Source of the DNA: Gemmataceae bacterium
GTDB taxonomy: Bacteria > Planctomycetota > Planctomycetia > Gemmatales > Gemmataceae
DNA length: 57,313 bases
Direction: 5' to 3'
NCBI GenBank assembly: GCA_031396905.1
Contig: JANNLP010000383.1
Span: 1 to 57,313, forward strand
The notes below the pieces were generated by a model. It searched no databases. It was not told where the DNA came from and was given only the letters and a program-made list of their open reading frames with translations. Both the position numbers and the translations under genes were made by a program. Positions 22,891-31,217 of the stretch are shown piece after piece (the first letter of the stretch is position 1; each line of letters begins with the position of its first letter).

Positions 22891-23084
22891 GGGCCACCTG
22901 GTAGTGGGTCAGTTTGGTTTTCTTCGCGCTTCCTTCGTGTTCTTTGTGTCTTTGTGGTTGGTCTTAAGAACTCACCACAAAGACACGAAGAACACAAAGG
23001 AAAACACAAAGAAGACCGGTGCATTTCCAAACTCGTCAATTCCTCACCCTGTGGCAAATTGACCCACTACCGGCCACCTAGTAG
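22891..23084. repeat. MITE-like nested palindromic element
   Basis: The 12-bp terminal inverted repeats are ggtagtgggtca (22899-22910) and tgacccactacc (23060-23071). A flanking 13-nt direct repeat ggccacct[g/a]gtag lies at 22891-22903 and 23072-23084. The central 27-bp near-perfect hairpin is 22932-22958 / 22974-23000, related in sequence to the 21465-21532 hairpin. There is no coding capacity. Confidence 0.5.
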
Positions 23085-23234
23085 TCGATTCGTTGCAGAG
23101 CCTTACCTCAGCACACATTGCCTGAATAAAACCACGGAACAGCGCATGGCGCGGTGCGCCATTGTCGTCGAGAACTTCACGCCCCATAACTGGTACTGAC
23201 GGAACCCGCACGTTCAAACTGAAAGGCATCGGCC

Positions 23235-23777
23235 ATGCCTCGAAGGCCACCGTTCGCGCGCGAACATGCGTGGTGGTCGTGGCATCATCCGCGCATTGTC
23301 CGTGCGGTGGCGGGGGCTGCCCACGAACATTGGCTGGCCATTGTAAATCGAGTGCTGGGGGTCAATCGCTCCACGGGGAGTGGGCCGAAGTCGTTCGATG
23401 ACTTGAGCCAACAGGTGCTGATTCGCCGCAACGCGCGGAACGTGGATCGCCTGCTCAGGGGCCAGTACACCGCGTCCGACGGATTCCGGTTGGCCCTCGC
23501 CACGGCGCTGGGGATTCCCGTCGGCGACTTGTTGCCGGACAACCGCAAATGGATTGCACGAACGACGTGGCGATTGTGCGAAGGCGTAGTGGGTGACGAG
23601 GACTGCCGAGCCTACGCCGCGTTTCGCGAGTTTGCCCAACACGCCGAATCGGGGAGCCGAACGGCGCACGAATTGAACGGGACGCCGGCCGACACATGCA
23701 TCGCGGTGGAAAAAGCAATTGCCGCTCTTGATCCGATCTTGATGGTCATCGACAGGGAATTGAGCGCAGGAGATTGA
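23235..23777 (+). CDS. Hypothetical protein with a possible HTH segment (180 aa)
   Basis: High GC3 in this frame, which is preferred over the antisense ORF 23214-23795. The HTH-like stretch is FDDLSQQVLIRRNARNVDRLLRGQ...LATALGIPVGDLL. It ends 4 nt before the next gene. Confidence 0.55.
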   Translation: MPRRPPFAREHAWWSWHHPRIVRAVAGAAHEHWLAIVNRVLGVNRSTGSGPKSFDDLSQQVLIRRNARNVDRLLRGQYTASDGFRLALATALGIPVGDLLPDNRKWIARTTWRLCEGVVGDEDCRAYAAFREFAQHAESGSRTAHELNGTPADTCIAVEKAIAALDPILMVIDRELSAGD

Positions 23778-23781
23778 TAGC

Positions 23782-24666
23782 GTGTCCGAGTTCACCGACG
23801 AAGACGTGATCCGATATGTGCTCGGCGCCGCATCGCCGGAAGCTACCGCCGCGCTGCGCAGCCGCGCCGCTGAGGATAAAGAACTGGCCGCGACAGTGGA
23901 GCTTTTGAGTCAATGTACACCCGTGTCGTTTGCCAACCTGTCACAACCTCCGCGCCGCCGCCGGTATTCGCCCACCGGCGCGCGGCGTATTGCCCTAGCG
24001 TTAATCGCCGCCTTCGCCGCTAGCGGCTTGGCGTGGGCCGGCTGGACCATCCTCGCGGAAAAGCCGCTGTTGGAGGATCGCTTTGATTCCAATTGGGGCG
24101 ACCCAAACAAATGGACGACACCGCGACGGAGTGTGTTCGTCGAGAATGGCCACGTGCGGCTGTTTGACCGCGGTTACTTGGTGACTGCTAAAGAGTATCC
24201 GGGGCCAATTGAGTTGACATTTCGATGGCGCTGGACGGATCTGGTGGGTGACTTCAATTACCGCGATGATCTCACGATTGCGCTGCGGACCAGTGGGATT
24301 CCCAAGTCAGCATTTGCGTTTGAAATCACTGATGGCGTGGTGATCAAGCTGTTTGCATATCTCGGCAGAATTTCGATTCGATATGCCAGTGGTGAAGATA
24401 TCGGGTGCGAAAGTGCGGCAGGTTCTTTCCCAATGCCATCCGATACTTGGCAGACCATTCGCGTCACTGACGACGGCGAGACTATTGCCGTTTACTTCGG
24501 AAATGAAGCGAACAGAGCGCGCGGCATCGAACCGGCCGTGACCATGCGCTCGATTCGCCCAGTTCAGCACAGGCGTATTGCCTTTTACAACCGAGAGCGA
24601 TTGGCGTCGGCGAGTCATGAAAGCTGGATCGACGATGTTGTGCTGCGGCGGCTGAATAACAAATAG
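23782..24666 (+). CDS. Anti-sigma-factor-like membrane protein with an extracytoplasmic LamG/DUF1080-like domain
   Basis: It uses a GTG start. The N-terminus (DEDVIRYVLGAASPEATAALRSRAAEDKELAATVELL) resembles anti-sigma N-domains. There is one TM helix (IALALIAAFAASGLAWAGWTIL) and a C-terminal beta-rich domain of about 200 aa (KWTTPRRSVFVENGHVRLF...). Confidence 0.6.
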   Translation: MSEFTDEDVIRYVLGAASPEATAALRSRAAEDKELAATVELLSQCTPVSFANLSQPPRRRRYSPTGARRIALALIAAFAASGLAWAGWTILAEKPLLEDRFDSNWGDPNKWTTPRRSVFVENGHVRLFDRGYLVTAKEYPGPIELTFRWRWTDLVGDFNYRDDLTIALRTSGIPKSAFAFEITDGVVIKLFAYLGRISIRYASGEDIGCESAAGSFPMPSDTWQTIRVTDDGETIAVYFGNEANRARGIEPAVTMRSIRPVQHRRIAFYNRERLASASHESWIDDVVLRRLNNK

Positions 24667-24896
24667 CCAAGAGCGAACGTCCCTATACCCCTGATCAGGA
24701 AACATGTGATGAGAAGTCAGAACAAAAAGAATGGAAGTAGCGTCCGCTGGCCACTGAGCGAAGGAAGACCCTTCAACACGGGATAGTGAAACAATGTCAG
24801 GTCGTTCGATTTGAGAAGTCGATTGCTCGCCCTAATAAATATGAGCGATTTGGTCAATCTAAACTAGTATCATGCACGTATACTGAGGAGTTGCCG

Positions 24897-26696
24897 ATGC
24901 GACCGGTACGTACTTTGATTGCGGTTCGAGACTTAGAAAGCCGCGTTGTTCCCGCTGTCTACACGGTGACAACAATCTCGGACGCTGGTGGTGGATCTCT
25001 TCGGCAGGCAGTTTCAAGCGCGAATGCCAATCCGGGCACTGATACAATCAATTTTGATGCGTTGTTCAATGCTCAGCAAACCATCTTTCTTACAAGCGGC
25101 TCGATTTCGGTCACGGGTTCTCTAACCATCACGGGGCCAGAGTTGACTCGCGTCGTGGTCAACGGCAATGCCTCCAGCCGTCATTTTACGGTGGACGGAA
25201 CGGGAGTACTCAATTTCAAGCTGGAAAATATCAACTTGACCAATGGCAACGCAACAGGGATAAATTACGGCGGGTCACTTTTCGTCCGCAACGAGGCGAT
25301 GGTGTTGACCAATTGCGATTTGACAAGCAATCAGTCGGCGCAGGAAGGCGGTGCGATTTATCTTGATAACAATGCTTCTCTGGTGGCGACCAATTGTCGA
25401 TTCCTGTCAAATCAATCGATCACTTCGGGCGGTGCTATTCGTGCAAATAGTTCAAATGCTGTCAATATGACCGGTTGCACGATTCAAAGCAACATAGCCG
25501 GATTCGCAGGCCAAGGTGCGGTCGGCGGTGCGATCCGGGTATCGAGTGGCAGTTTGACAATTGAGAACAGTTGTTTTTCGGATAACACATCAACCGAGTG
25601 GGGAGGAGCAATTGACATTGGCGGGACCTTTCCGGCACCAATCGTGATCCGCAATAGCACGATTTCGGGCAATGCAGCAGGCTTCCGCGGCGGTGCAATC
25701 TCATTGCGCTTCACTTATGGGAACCTCTTGGTTCAAAACTCGACGATTACAAGCAATAACGGCGGCACGGGCAACGGTGGTATCTATCGGACTGCGGGTA
25801 ATAGCCAAGTGATGTTGGAAAGCACGACGGTGGCGCAGAATACCGGCTCTAGTGCTACAGACATTTCCAGCAGTGGCGGTGTATCGGGCACTAATTCGTT
25901 GATCGGAATATCAGGTGCAGGTTCCGGTCATAATTTGAGCGGAACTGGAAACAAGACGGGCACTTTGGCCGCCCCCTTAGACGCAAAGCTGTCCGCTTTG
26001 ACGAATAACGGTGGAACAACGCTAACCCATGCGTTACTTCCCGGAAGTCCGTGTATTGATGCGGGGTACAATCCGCAAAGTCTTGTCTTCGATCAGCGGG
26101 GACAGGGATTCGTTCGCATGTTCGCTTCAGCCGCCGACATTGGATCATTTGAGTCGCAACTTACGGCCAAAGTCTCCCACAGTACGATAAATGGCGCCGA
26201 AAGTCAGCGTTCGAAAGTGACATCACTAACCGTTACCTTTGATCAAGTCATTACCTTCAGCGGGTCGGTGGCCAGTGCTTTCAATCTACGTCATTCAGTC
26301 AACGACGCCGTTGTCAACCTTGCGGCTACCGTCAATAACACTAGCACCAGTACGGCTGTCACTCTCAGTTTCATTAGCGGTTCCGTTGACGGCAGTTCGC
26401 TTGCCGATGGCCGGTATACGCTGACTGCGTTAGCATCGCAGGTCAACAATGGCAACTTTGATGGCAACGGCGACGGCACGCCGGGCGATAACTACACACT
26501 AATCGGCACACCCGTAAACGGGCTATTCCGCCTCTTTGGCGACGCCGACGGTGACGGCACTGTCGCCGCCAATGACTTCATCCAATTCCGCCTCGCACTT
26601 GGCGGCACTAACAGCACCTTCGACTTCGACAACGACGGCTCCGTCAGCGCCAGCGATTTCATCCAGTTCCGGCTGCGCTTCGGCGGGTCGATATGA
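24897..26696 (+). CDS. Secreted right-handed beta-helix protein (choice-of-anchor-Q / pectate-lyase-fold type) with C-terminal dockerin-like EF-hand repeats
   Basis: GAGGAG lies upstream of the ATG. The N-terminus is MRPVRTLIAVRDLESRVVPA, followed by TVTTISDAGGGSLRQAVSSANANPGTDTINFD. It has repeated GGAI/GGAIxxxxxxL beta-helix rungs and a terminal pair DADGDGTVAANDFIQFRLALGG / DFDNDGSVSASDFIQFRLRFGG. Confidence 0.85.
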   Translation: MRPVRTLIAVRDLESRVVPAVYTVTTISDAGGGSLRQAVSSANANPGTDTINFDALFNAQQTIFLTSGSISVTGSLTITGPELTRVVVNGNASSRHFTVDGTGVLNFKLENINLTNGNATGINYGGSLFVRNEAMVLTNCDLTSNQSAQEGGAIYLDNNASLVATNCRFLSNQSITSGGAIRANSSNAVNMTGCTIQSNIAGFAGQGAVGGAIRVSSGSLTIENSCFSDNTSTEWGGAIDIGGTFPAPIVIRNSTISGNAAGFRGGAISLRFTYGNLLVQNSTITSNNGGTGNGGIYRTAGNSQVMLESTTVAQNTGSSATDISSSGGVSGTNSLIGISGAGSGHNLSGTGNKTGTLAAPLDAKLSALTNNGGTTLTHALLPGSPCIDAGYNPQSLVFDQRGQGFVRMFASAADIGSFESQLTAKVSHSTINGAESQRSKVTSLTVTFDQVITFSGSVASAFNLRHSVNDAVVNLAATVNNTSTSTAVTLSFISGSVDGSSLADGRYTLTALASQVNNGNFDGNGDGTPGDNYTLIGTPVNGLFRLFGDADGDGTVAANDFIQFRLALGGTNSTFDFDNDGSVSASDFIQFRLRFGGSI

Positions 26697-26708
26697 TGTT
26701 TCCGACAA

Positions 26709-26760
26709 AGCCCGCAGCGCAAGCAAGGTGTTTTGATCGCCTTGCTGGCGCCGTGGGCTC
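26709..26760. repeat. Palindromic element of the AGCCCGCAGCGCAAGCAAGG family (second copy at 50983-51046), in a convergent-gene junction
   Basis: A 20-nt exact match (26709-28 = 50984-51003), plus the shared right-arm cgccttgct and the closing gggctc. It folds as an imperfect hairpin. Confidence 0.6.
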
Positions 26761-26847
26761 ACGACCTCAACGTCTGCGTCTATCAAGGGTACCAGGGTTG
26801 GCCTTGTGTGTTTCGCCGAGCGGCCATACACCCTGCGGACTTCATAG

Positions 26848-27210
26848 TTAGCGCCAATGGTTCAACACGGTATATTCACCGCCAATTGGCACGCCTGCCG
26901 ACTCCAGTTTCCGGATGGCGGCCACGATGCCCTTGGGTGTCAGGTCGCGGGTGGGGTCGTTGTCCCAGCGAACCGCAAGAATGCCCGGATGGTGGCCGTG
27001 GGCTTCTTGGACCAGCAGATGCAACTTTTCGTAGTCATCGTAGTTGGCCGTCAGGAATACCCGGCGTTCGCTAATCGCGAACGTGAATTGAACCGGATCG
27101 GAACGACCCAACAAGTTGACGCCAGACGGTGTCTCCAGGTCGTGCCCAGCTTTTCGAAACAGACGGACCAACTGATCGCTTGCCGAATCTTCGTCAACGT
27201 AAATTCTCAT
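26848..27210 (-). CDS. DUF5615-family PIN-like putative toxin (120 aa)
   Basis: MRIYVDEDSASDQLVRLFRKAGHDL...RVFLTANYDDY is typical of the Mut7-C/PIN-like partners of DUF433 proteins. It has an ATGA overlap with the upstream gene at 27207-27210. Confidence 0.75.
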   Translation of the reverse strand: MRIYVDEDSASDQLVRLFRKAGHDLETPSGVNLLGRSDPVQFTFAISERRVFLTANYDDYEKLHLLVQEAHGHHPGILAVRWDNDPTRDLTPKGIVAAIRKLESAGVPIGGEYTVLNHWR

Positions 27211-27557
27211 AGGCCAAGCCGGGCTCGCTCCTGCGGCGACAAAACCCGATACTTGCCCCCATACTTGTAGTCGGGATCGTTCATTCCCGTAGCTTCCATG
27301 AGTCGCTCTTCTCGCTCGAAGTCTTCGCGGATTTCCGGCGGGTCGGTTTGGCAATAAGCAATGGCTTCCTCCACCGCTTCCAATGGTAGACCGTACCCCT
27401 CAGCAATCTCTGCGGGGGTGTACGGCTCCTCGGCACTCATGAACATGCCATAAAGGATTCGGGCTCGGATGCGCCTTCCCTTGATAAAAAGCTGCTTATA
27501 GTGCGACTTAGGGTTCGCTTCCAGGTGTTTCCAGGCAGTGGTAACGGTGGGTTCCAT
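27207..27557 (-). CDS. DUF433-family putative antitoxin (116 aa)
   Basis: It contains ...FIKGRRIRARILYGMFMSAEEPYTPAEIAEGYGLPLEAVEEAIAYC... (DUF433 HTH-like core). The start was trimmed to MEPTVTT. Confidence 0.7.
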   Translation of the reverse strand: MEPTVTTAWKHLEANPKSHYKQLFIKGRRIRARILYGMFMSAEEPYTPAEIAEGYGLPLEAVEEAIAYCQTDPPEIREDFEREERLMEATGMNDPDYKYGGKYRVLSPQERARLGL

Positions 27558-27637
27558 AAGTGCAATTCTACCACATGCGGCGTAGGGACCACAGATCGAA
27601 AACGGGCAAAACACGGACTGTAAGCGACACGTCATTT

Positions 27638-28630
27638 TCACTGGACAAATTGCATGATCTCGGCCATCACGCCGAAGTACTCGTCAAACGACAGCCCATC
27701 AACGGACAGTGTTCGCTGAGCGGTCACCCCATCGATCAGCGGGCCGGCGTCGATCATGATTTGCAACAGACGGTGTTCTTCGTTGGTGTCGAAAAGCGAG
27801 GCATCGAATGGCACGCCGCGCAACACTCGCACGCCGGTGGCCAACGCATATGCGCCCCAGTTGCTGATGCCGGCTACGATGAGTTCGTTTGTTGGCGTGC
27901 AACAGCCGACCTTGTCGCCATTGGCGATGTTGCGTGCGATGGTGGGGCGCGGGATTTTGCCCATGCCGATTTCGTTGCCGCCGTCGCCGATGCCGATAGT
28001 GATCGCGTCACCGGGGTTGTCGAACAGGTAATGAGCGGGCCGCGTCAGGTGCGTCATTTCGCGGCCCCGCATGGAGTAACAGCGGCCGTCGCTGTGACTG
28101 GGGCCGACACGTTCGAGTGCGATTAGGATGTTGGCGGGGGCGGCGCGGCGATAAAACTCTTGGCGGAATGTATCGGGGTCGGTTTCGTCGGGCAATTCCA
28201 CTACAGGTACGGTGTCCGAGTATTCGTAGCGGTAGTCGCCAGACTTCCGCTCTTGTCTTTCGGCGGAACTCTGGCGAGTTCCGCTACGATGATCCAATTC
28301 CGCGGCCGCCACCCCCGCTCGCAATGCTGCCATCGTGGTGCCGTCGCTGGCCAGCGTCACTGGAATACTCAACGGTGACAATGCTCGGGCCAGGTACAGC
28401 GCTCCCAGCGGACCATCGGTTTCACCACATGGTGGGTCCGCCGAGGGGATCGTGAAACCGGTGATAATAGCAATGCGCGGTGATGGATGTGTCGCAATGT
28501 TGCGACAAGCGCGCACGAAGTCGCCGGCGGTTGCGGTGATGAGATTGTCGCGCGCGTCAGCCGCCAGGCCGCGGTTGCCGGGGTCGCCCTGCACGATGGC
28601 CAAGATCTGTTCGAGTTTCTGTTCAATCAT
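27638..28630 (-). CDS. DUF4392-family protein (D-glutamate-cyclase-like domain)
   Basis: It has DPGNRGL, IAIITGFTIP...CGETDGPLGALYLARAL, IGIGDGGNEIGMGKI and GISNWGAYALA. The start at MIEQKLEQ gives an ATGA overlap with the RluA stop (28627-28630). Confidence 0.75.
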   Translation of the reverse strand: MIEQKLEQILAIVQGDPGNRGLAADARDNLITATAGDFVRACRNIATHPSPRIAIITGFTIPSADPPCGETDGPLGALYLARALSPLSIPVTLASDGTTMAALRAGVAAAELDHRSGTRQSSAERQERKSGDYRYEYSDTVPVVELPDETDPDTFRQEFYRRAAPANILIALERVGPSHSDGRCYSMRGREMTHLTRPAHYLFDNPGDAITIGIGDGGNEIGMGKIPRPTIARNIANGDKVGCCTPTNELIVAGISNWGAYALATGVRVLRGVPFDASLFDTNEEHRLLQIMIDAGPLIDGVTAQRTLSVDGLSFDEYFGVMAEIMQFVQ

Positions 28631-29334
28631 GGCGGGCAATTGCGGAAAAGTTCGGGGAAGCGGCCACTCCATCTTGGCGGCAAGGCGGCCGTCAACGTGA
28701 TCGGCGACTTTTGCACCGGGTGCAGGAACGTCAGCCGGCGGGCATGCAGGGCGATGCCGCCGGGAAACGTGATCTCTGATCCATACTGATAGTCGCCGGC
28801 AATGGCGTGACGGCGCGTTGACAACTGCACGCGCAATTGGTGTTTTCGTCCGGTTTGCGGCCGCAGTTCGAGCCAGGTCATGCCGTTAGTTGTGCCGCGA
28901 ACTTCATAGTGAGTGCGTGCTGCTTTCGCACCCTCCGCATCGACGGCGACGACGTGCATCAACTTTGTTCCTTCGTCCTTGAGGAGGCAATCCTCGAAAG
29001 TGCCGGCCGATGGATTGATCGCGCCTTCGGCCACCGCCCAATACACTTTGTCGATGGCATGGTCGCGGAATTGTTCGCTGAGCCTCGCAGCCGACTTGCT
29101 GGTTCGAGCGAACAGCATAACTCCGGATGTGGGCTTGTCGAGCCGGTGCACGATGCCGAGGAACACCTGTCCCGGCTTGGCAAACTTCGTTTTCAAGTAT
29201 GCCTTCACCACGCGGTCCAGCGTTTCATTCGTGCCATCGAAATGGGTACACGGCACGCCGGCCGGCTTGGCCACGGCGATGCAATGATTATCCTCGAACA
29301 GCACGTCGAGGTCCGGCGGTACTTGAAGGTTCAC
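28627..29334 (-). CDS. RluA-family pseudouridine synthase
   Basis: The catalytic motif is [23 protein letters not shown]; it also has KVYWAVAEG and HQLRVQL. Confidence 0.9.
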   Translation of the reverse strand: MNLQVPPDLDVLFEDNHCIAVAKPAGVPCTHFDGTNETLDRVVKAYLKTKFAKPGQVFLGIVHRLDKPTSGVMLFARTSKSAARLSEQFRDHAIDKVYWAVAEGAINPSAGTFEDCLLKDEGTKLMHVVAVDAEGAKAARTHYEVRGTTNGMTWLELRPQTGRKHQLRVQLSTRRHAIAGDYQYGSEITFPGGIALHARRLTFLHPVQKSPITLTAALPPRWSGRFPELFRNCPP

Positions 29335-29384
29335 GGGTCGTCATTATACCAGCCCCGCCCGCAACATCGCGTCGAGTGTGCCTG

Positions 29385-30167
29385 ATGAACGATTTCACCA
29401 CCGGGGCGGCAGTCCGCGCCGCTTGCCGGGCCGCCAAACTCGATACCCCAACGCCAGGTATGGCTGCTGGTTTCGTGCAGGCCAATCTGGTGGCGGTGCC
29501 GCGTGAACTGGCATTCGACTTTTTGTTGTTCTGCCAACGAAACCCGAGGCCGTGTCCATTGTTGGATGTGACAGAGCCGGGCGATCCGGTGCCACGCGAG
29601 GTCGCGCCGTCGGCCGACTTGCGTACCGATTTACCACGTTATCGCATCTGGAAAAACGGCGAGCTTATCGATGAGCCGACGAATGCCACGAGCCAATGGC
29701 GTGACGATCTGGTTGGCTTTTTGCTCGGCTGTTCGTTCACGTTTGAATCGGCACTGATCGCGACCGGTGTGCCCGTGCGGCACATCGAACAAGGCCGCAA
29801 CGTGCCGATGTATCGGACGAACATTCCATGCCGAACCGCCGGCGTAGTCCGTGGCCCACTTGTCGTCTCAATGCGACCGTTGACGCCGGCTCAAACGGCG
29901 ACGGCGACGCAAATCTGTTCACGCTTCCCGCGTGCCCACGGAGCGCCAATCCACTTCGGCGATCCCGCGGCCATCGGCATTCGCGACATCGCCAAGCCCG
30001 ATTACGGTGATCCAGTTGACATTCGCTCCGGCGAGGTGCCTGTGTTCTGGGCGTGCGGCGTAACACCGCAAGCGGCGCTGATGACAGCCAAGCCGGCCTT
30101 TGCCATCACGCATGCGCCGGGGCACATGTTTGTGACTGATTTGCGCGATTCAGAATTGGAAGGATAA
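29385..30167 (+). CDS. DUF1445/UPF0317-family putative hydro-lyase (D-glutamate-cyclase-like domain)
   Basis: It has [58 protein letters not shown] and [10 protein letters not shown]...[12 protein letters not shown]. Confidence 0.85.
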   Translation: MNDFTTGAAVRAACRAAKLDTPTPGMAAGFVQANLVAVPRELAFDFLLFCQRNPRPCPLLDVTEPGDPVPREVAPSADLRTDLPRYRIWKNGELIDEPTNATSQWRDDLVGFLLGCSFTFESALIATGVPVRHIEQGRNVPMYRTNIPCRTAGVVRGPLVVSMRPLTPAQTATATQICSRFPRAHGAPIHFGDPAAIGIRDIAKPDYGDPVDIRSGEVPVFWACGVTPQAALMTAKPAFAITHAPGHMFVTDLRDSELEG

Positions 30168-30177
30168 GCGACCACGT

Positions 30178-30207
30178 AGCTTGGCGGCGCATCGGCACCG
30201 CCAAGTT
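30178..30207. terminator. Hairpin between convergent genes
   Basis: agcttggcgg / ccgccaagtt form a 10-bp stem (one G-U pair) with a 10-nt loop. There is no clear T-tract. Confidence 0.4.
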
Positions 30208-30217
30208 CCAAAAGTAT

Positions 30218-30568
30218 TTACAGGGAGTGAATGTGCACTCGCGCCCGGAAGCCGAGGCTTCTCAGGTAGTTGGTGTACACCTGAGCTTCGTTAGCGCTGA
30301 ATGTCCGCCGGAACGTTTGCCAGAAATGCCAATCGGGCCGGCGATATTCAACGACGTAAGCCCGTATCTGCGGAATCACGACCGGGGGGACGGGATTCTG
30401 CCCGGAGTAGTAGTAACTCGGGTAGATGCCGTACCCGTATTGATATCTGAAGTTCGGTTGGTATCCCGGTTGGACGCTTGGGAACGGCCGCACCTGGCCG
30501 TTTATCTCGGGAGCCGCGATGCCCAATCCGATCAATGCCAGAGCGGAATAAACGGCGGTGCGTAACAT
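30218..30568 (-). CDS. Small secreted Tyr/Pro-rich hypothetical protein (116 aa)
   Basis: AGGAGGG lies 5 nt upstream of the ATG. The signal peptide is MLRTAVYSALALIGLGIAAPE. This frame is preferred over the antisense ORF 30227-30565. Confidence 0.65.
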   Translation of the reverse strand: MLRTAVYSALALIGLGIAAPEINGQVRPFPSVQPGYQPNFRYQYGYGIYPSYYYSGQNPVPPVVIPQIRAYVVEYRRPDWHFWQTFRRTFSANEAQVYTNYLRSLGFRARVHIHSL

Positions 30569-30774
30569 GATGTCCCTCCTGCCGGCCAGCCGCTTCCGCG
30601 AAAGTGCCGGACTGCCAAATTAACGCCCGGGGCTCCGATAACTTGCGCTTCTTTGGGATGCGCAATCCCCGGACCAGGATACTCTAAACAGCAAATGTTC
30701 TGTGAACCAATTGCGCCTGTCGCCTGTCGGGGTTAGGACATTGCCAGCAAATCTAAGCAGACAGGAGAGGCGCG

Positions 30775-31170
30775 ATGACTCGGATATTGACGAAATCGCT
30801 ATATGGCATTCAAGCAGTTATCTTCCTCGCCGCCGGTGTCAGCGTCTTATTGCTGGGCACTAACCTGCTGCCCGCGGCCATGCGGCAACTCATCATGGAC
30901 ATAGCCCAGGGAAACAACGACACGCTGCACATCATACAAGAGTTTGGCTCGTTGCTTGTCTTCACGGGATTAATCACGCTGTGGTTCCTTCGGCACTACG
31001 AAGAAAGCCGATCATTCCATTGGGCTATGACGATCTTCTGGGCACTGTTCGCACTTGTTCATTGGTTTAACACGCAAGGCCAGTTTCAAAGCGGCCTTCA
31101 CGCCGTTCCTGACACTGTCCCGCTGGCATTGTTTTTGGTGTTGGGTGTCATGCGAGGCAGCAAGGCGTAA
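30775..31170 (+). CDS. Hypothetical integral membrane protein (131 aa, about 4 TM)
   Basis: There is a GGAGAGG RBS upstream and four hydrophobic segments. Confidence 0.6.
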   Translation: MTRILTKSLYGIQAVIFLAAGVSVLLLGTNLLPAAMRQLIMDIAQGNNDTLHIIQEFGSLLVFTGLITLWFLRHYEESRSFHWAMTIFWALFALVHWFNTQGQFQSGLHAVPDTVPLALFLVLGVMRGSKA

Positions 31171-31217
31171 GGAATCATGTCGGTCAGCGCTCGGCTGCCT
31201 CCGCGGCGGGCTAAACT

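Noticed and set aside
22454-23062. A 202-aa plus-strand ORF, and the overlapping 116-aa and 79-aa minus ORFs, in the AT-rich spacer.
   Set aside because: They read through the conserved module, the TIRs and the 27-bp hairpin (peptides such as FVFFVSLWLV / HHKDTKNTKENTKK are translated palindrome arms). There is no RBS and no coding-like codon bias.
21465-23084. Whether the repeated hairpins form a CRISPR array.
   Set aside because: There are only two related palindromes 1.4 kb apart. There are no regularly spaced direct repeats, spacers or cas genes.
23214-23795. A 193-aa minus-strand ORF antisense to 23235-23777.
   Set aside because: The plus frame has G/C-dominated third positions and is coupled to the downstream GTG-start gene. 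The minus product is Arg-rich and has no features. Confidence in the plus call is still only moderate.
24741-24760. A GCCACTG heptamer resembling the B12-box of cobalamin riboswitches, upstream of the dockerin protein gene.
   Set aside because: It is an isolated 7-mer. None of the other conserved cobalamin-riboswitch helices or motifs are visible around it.
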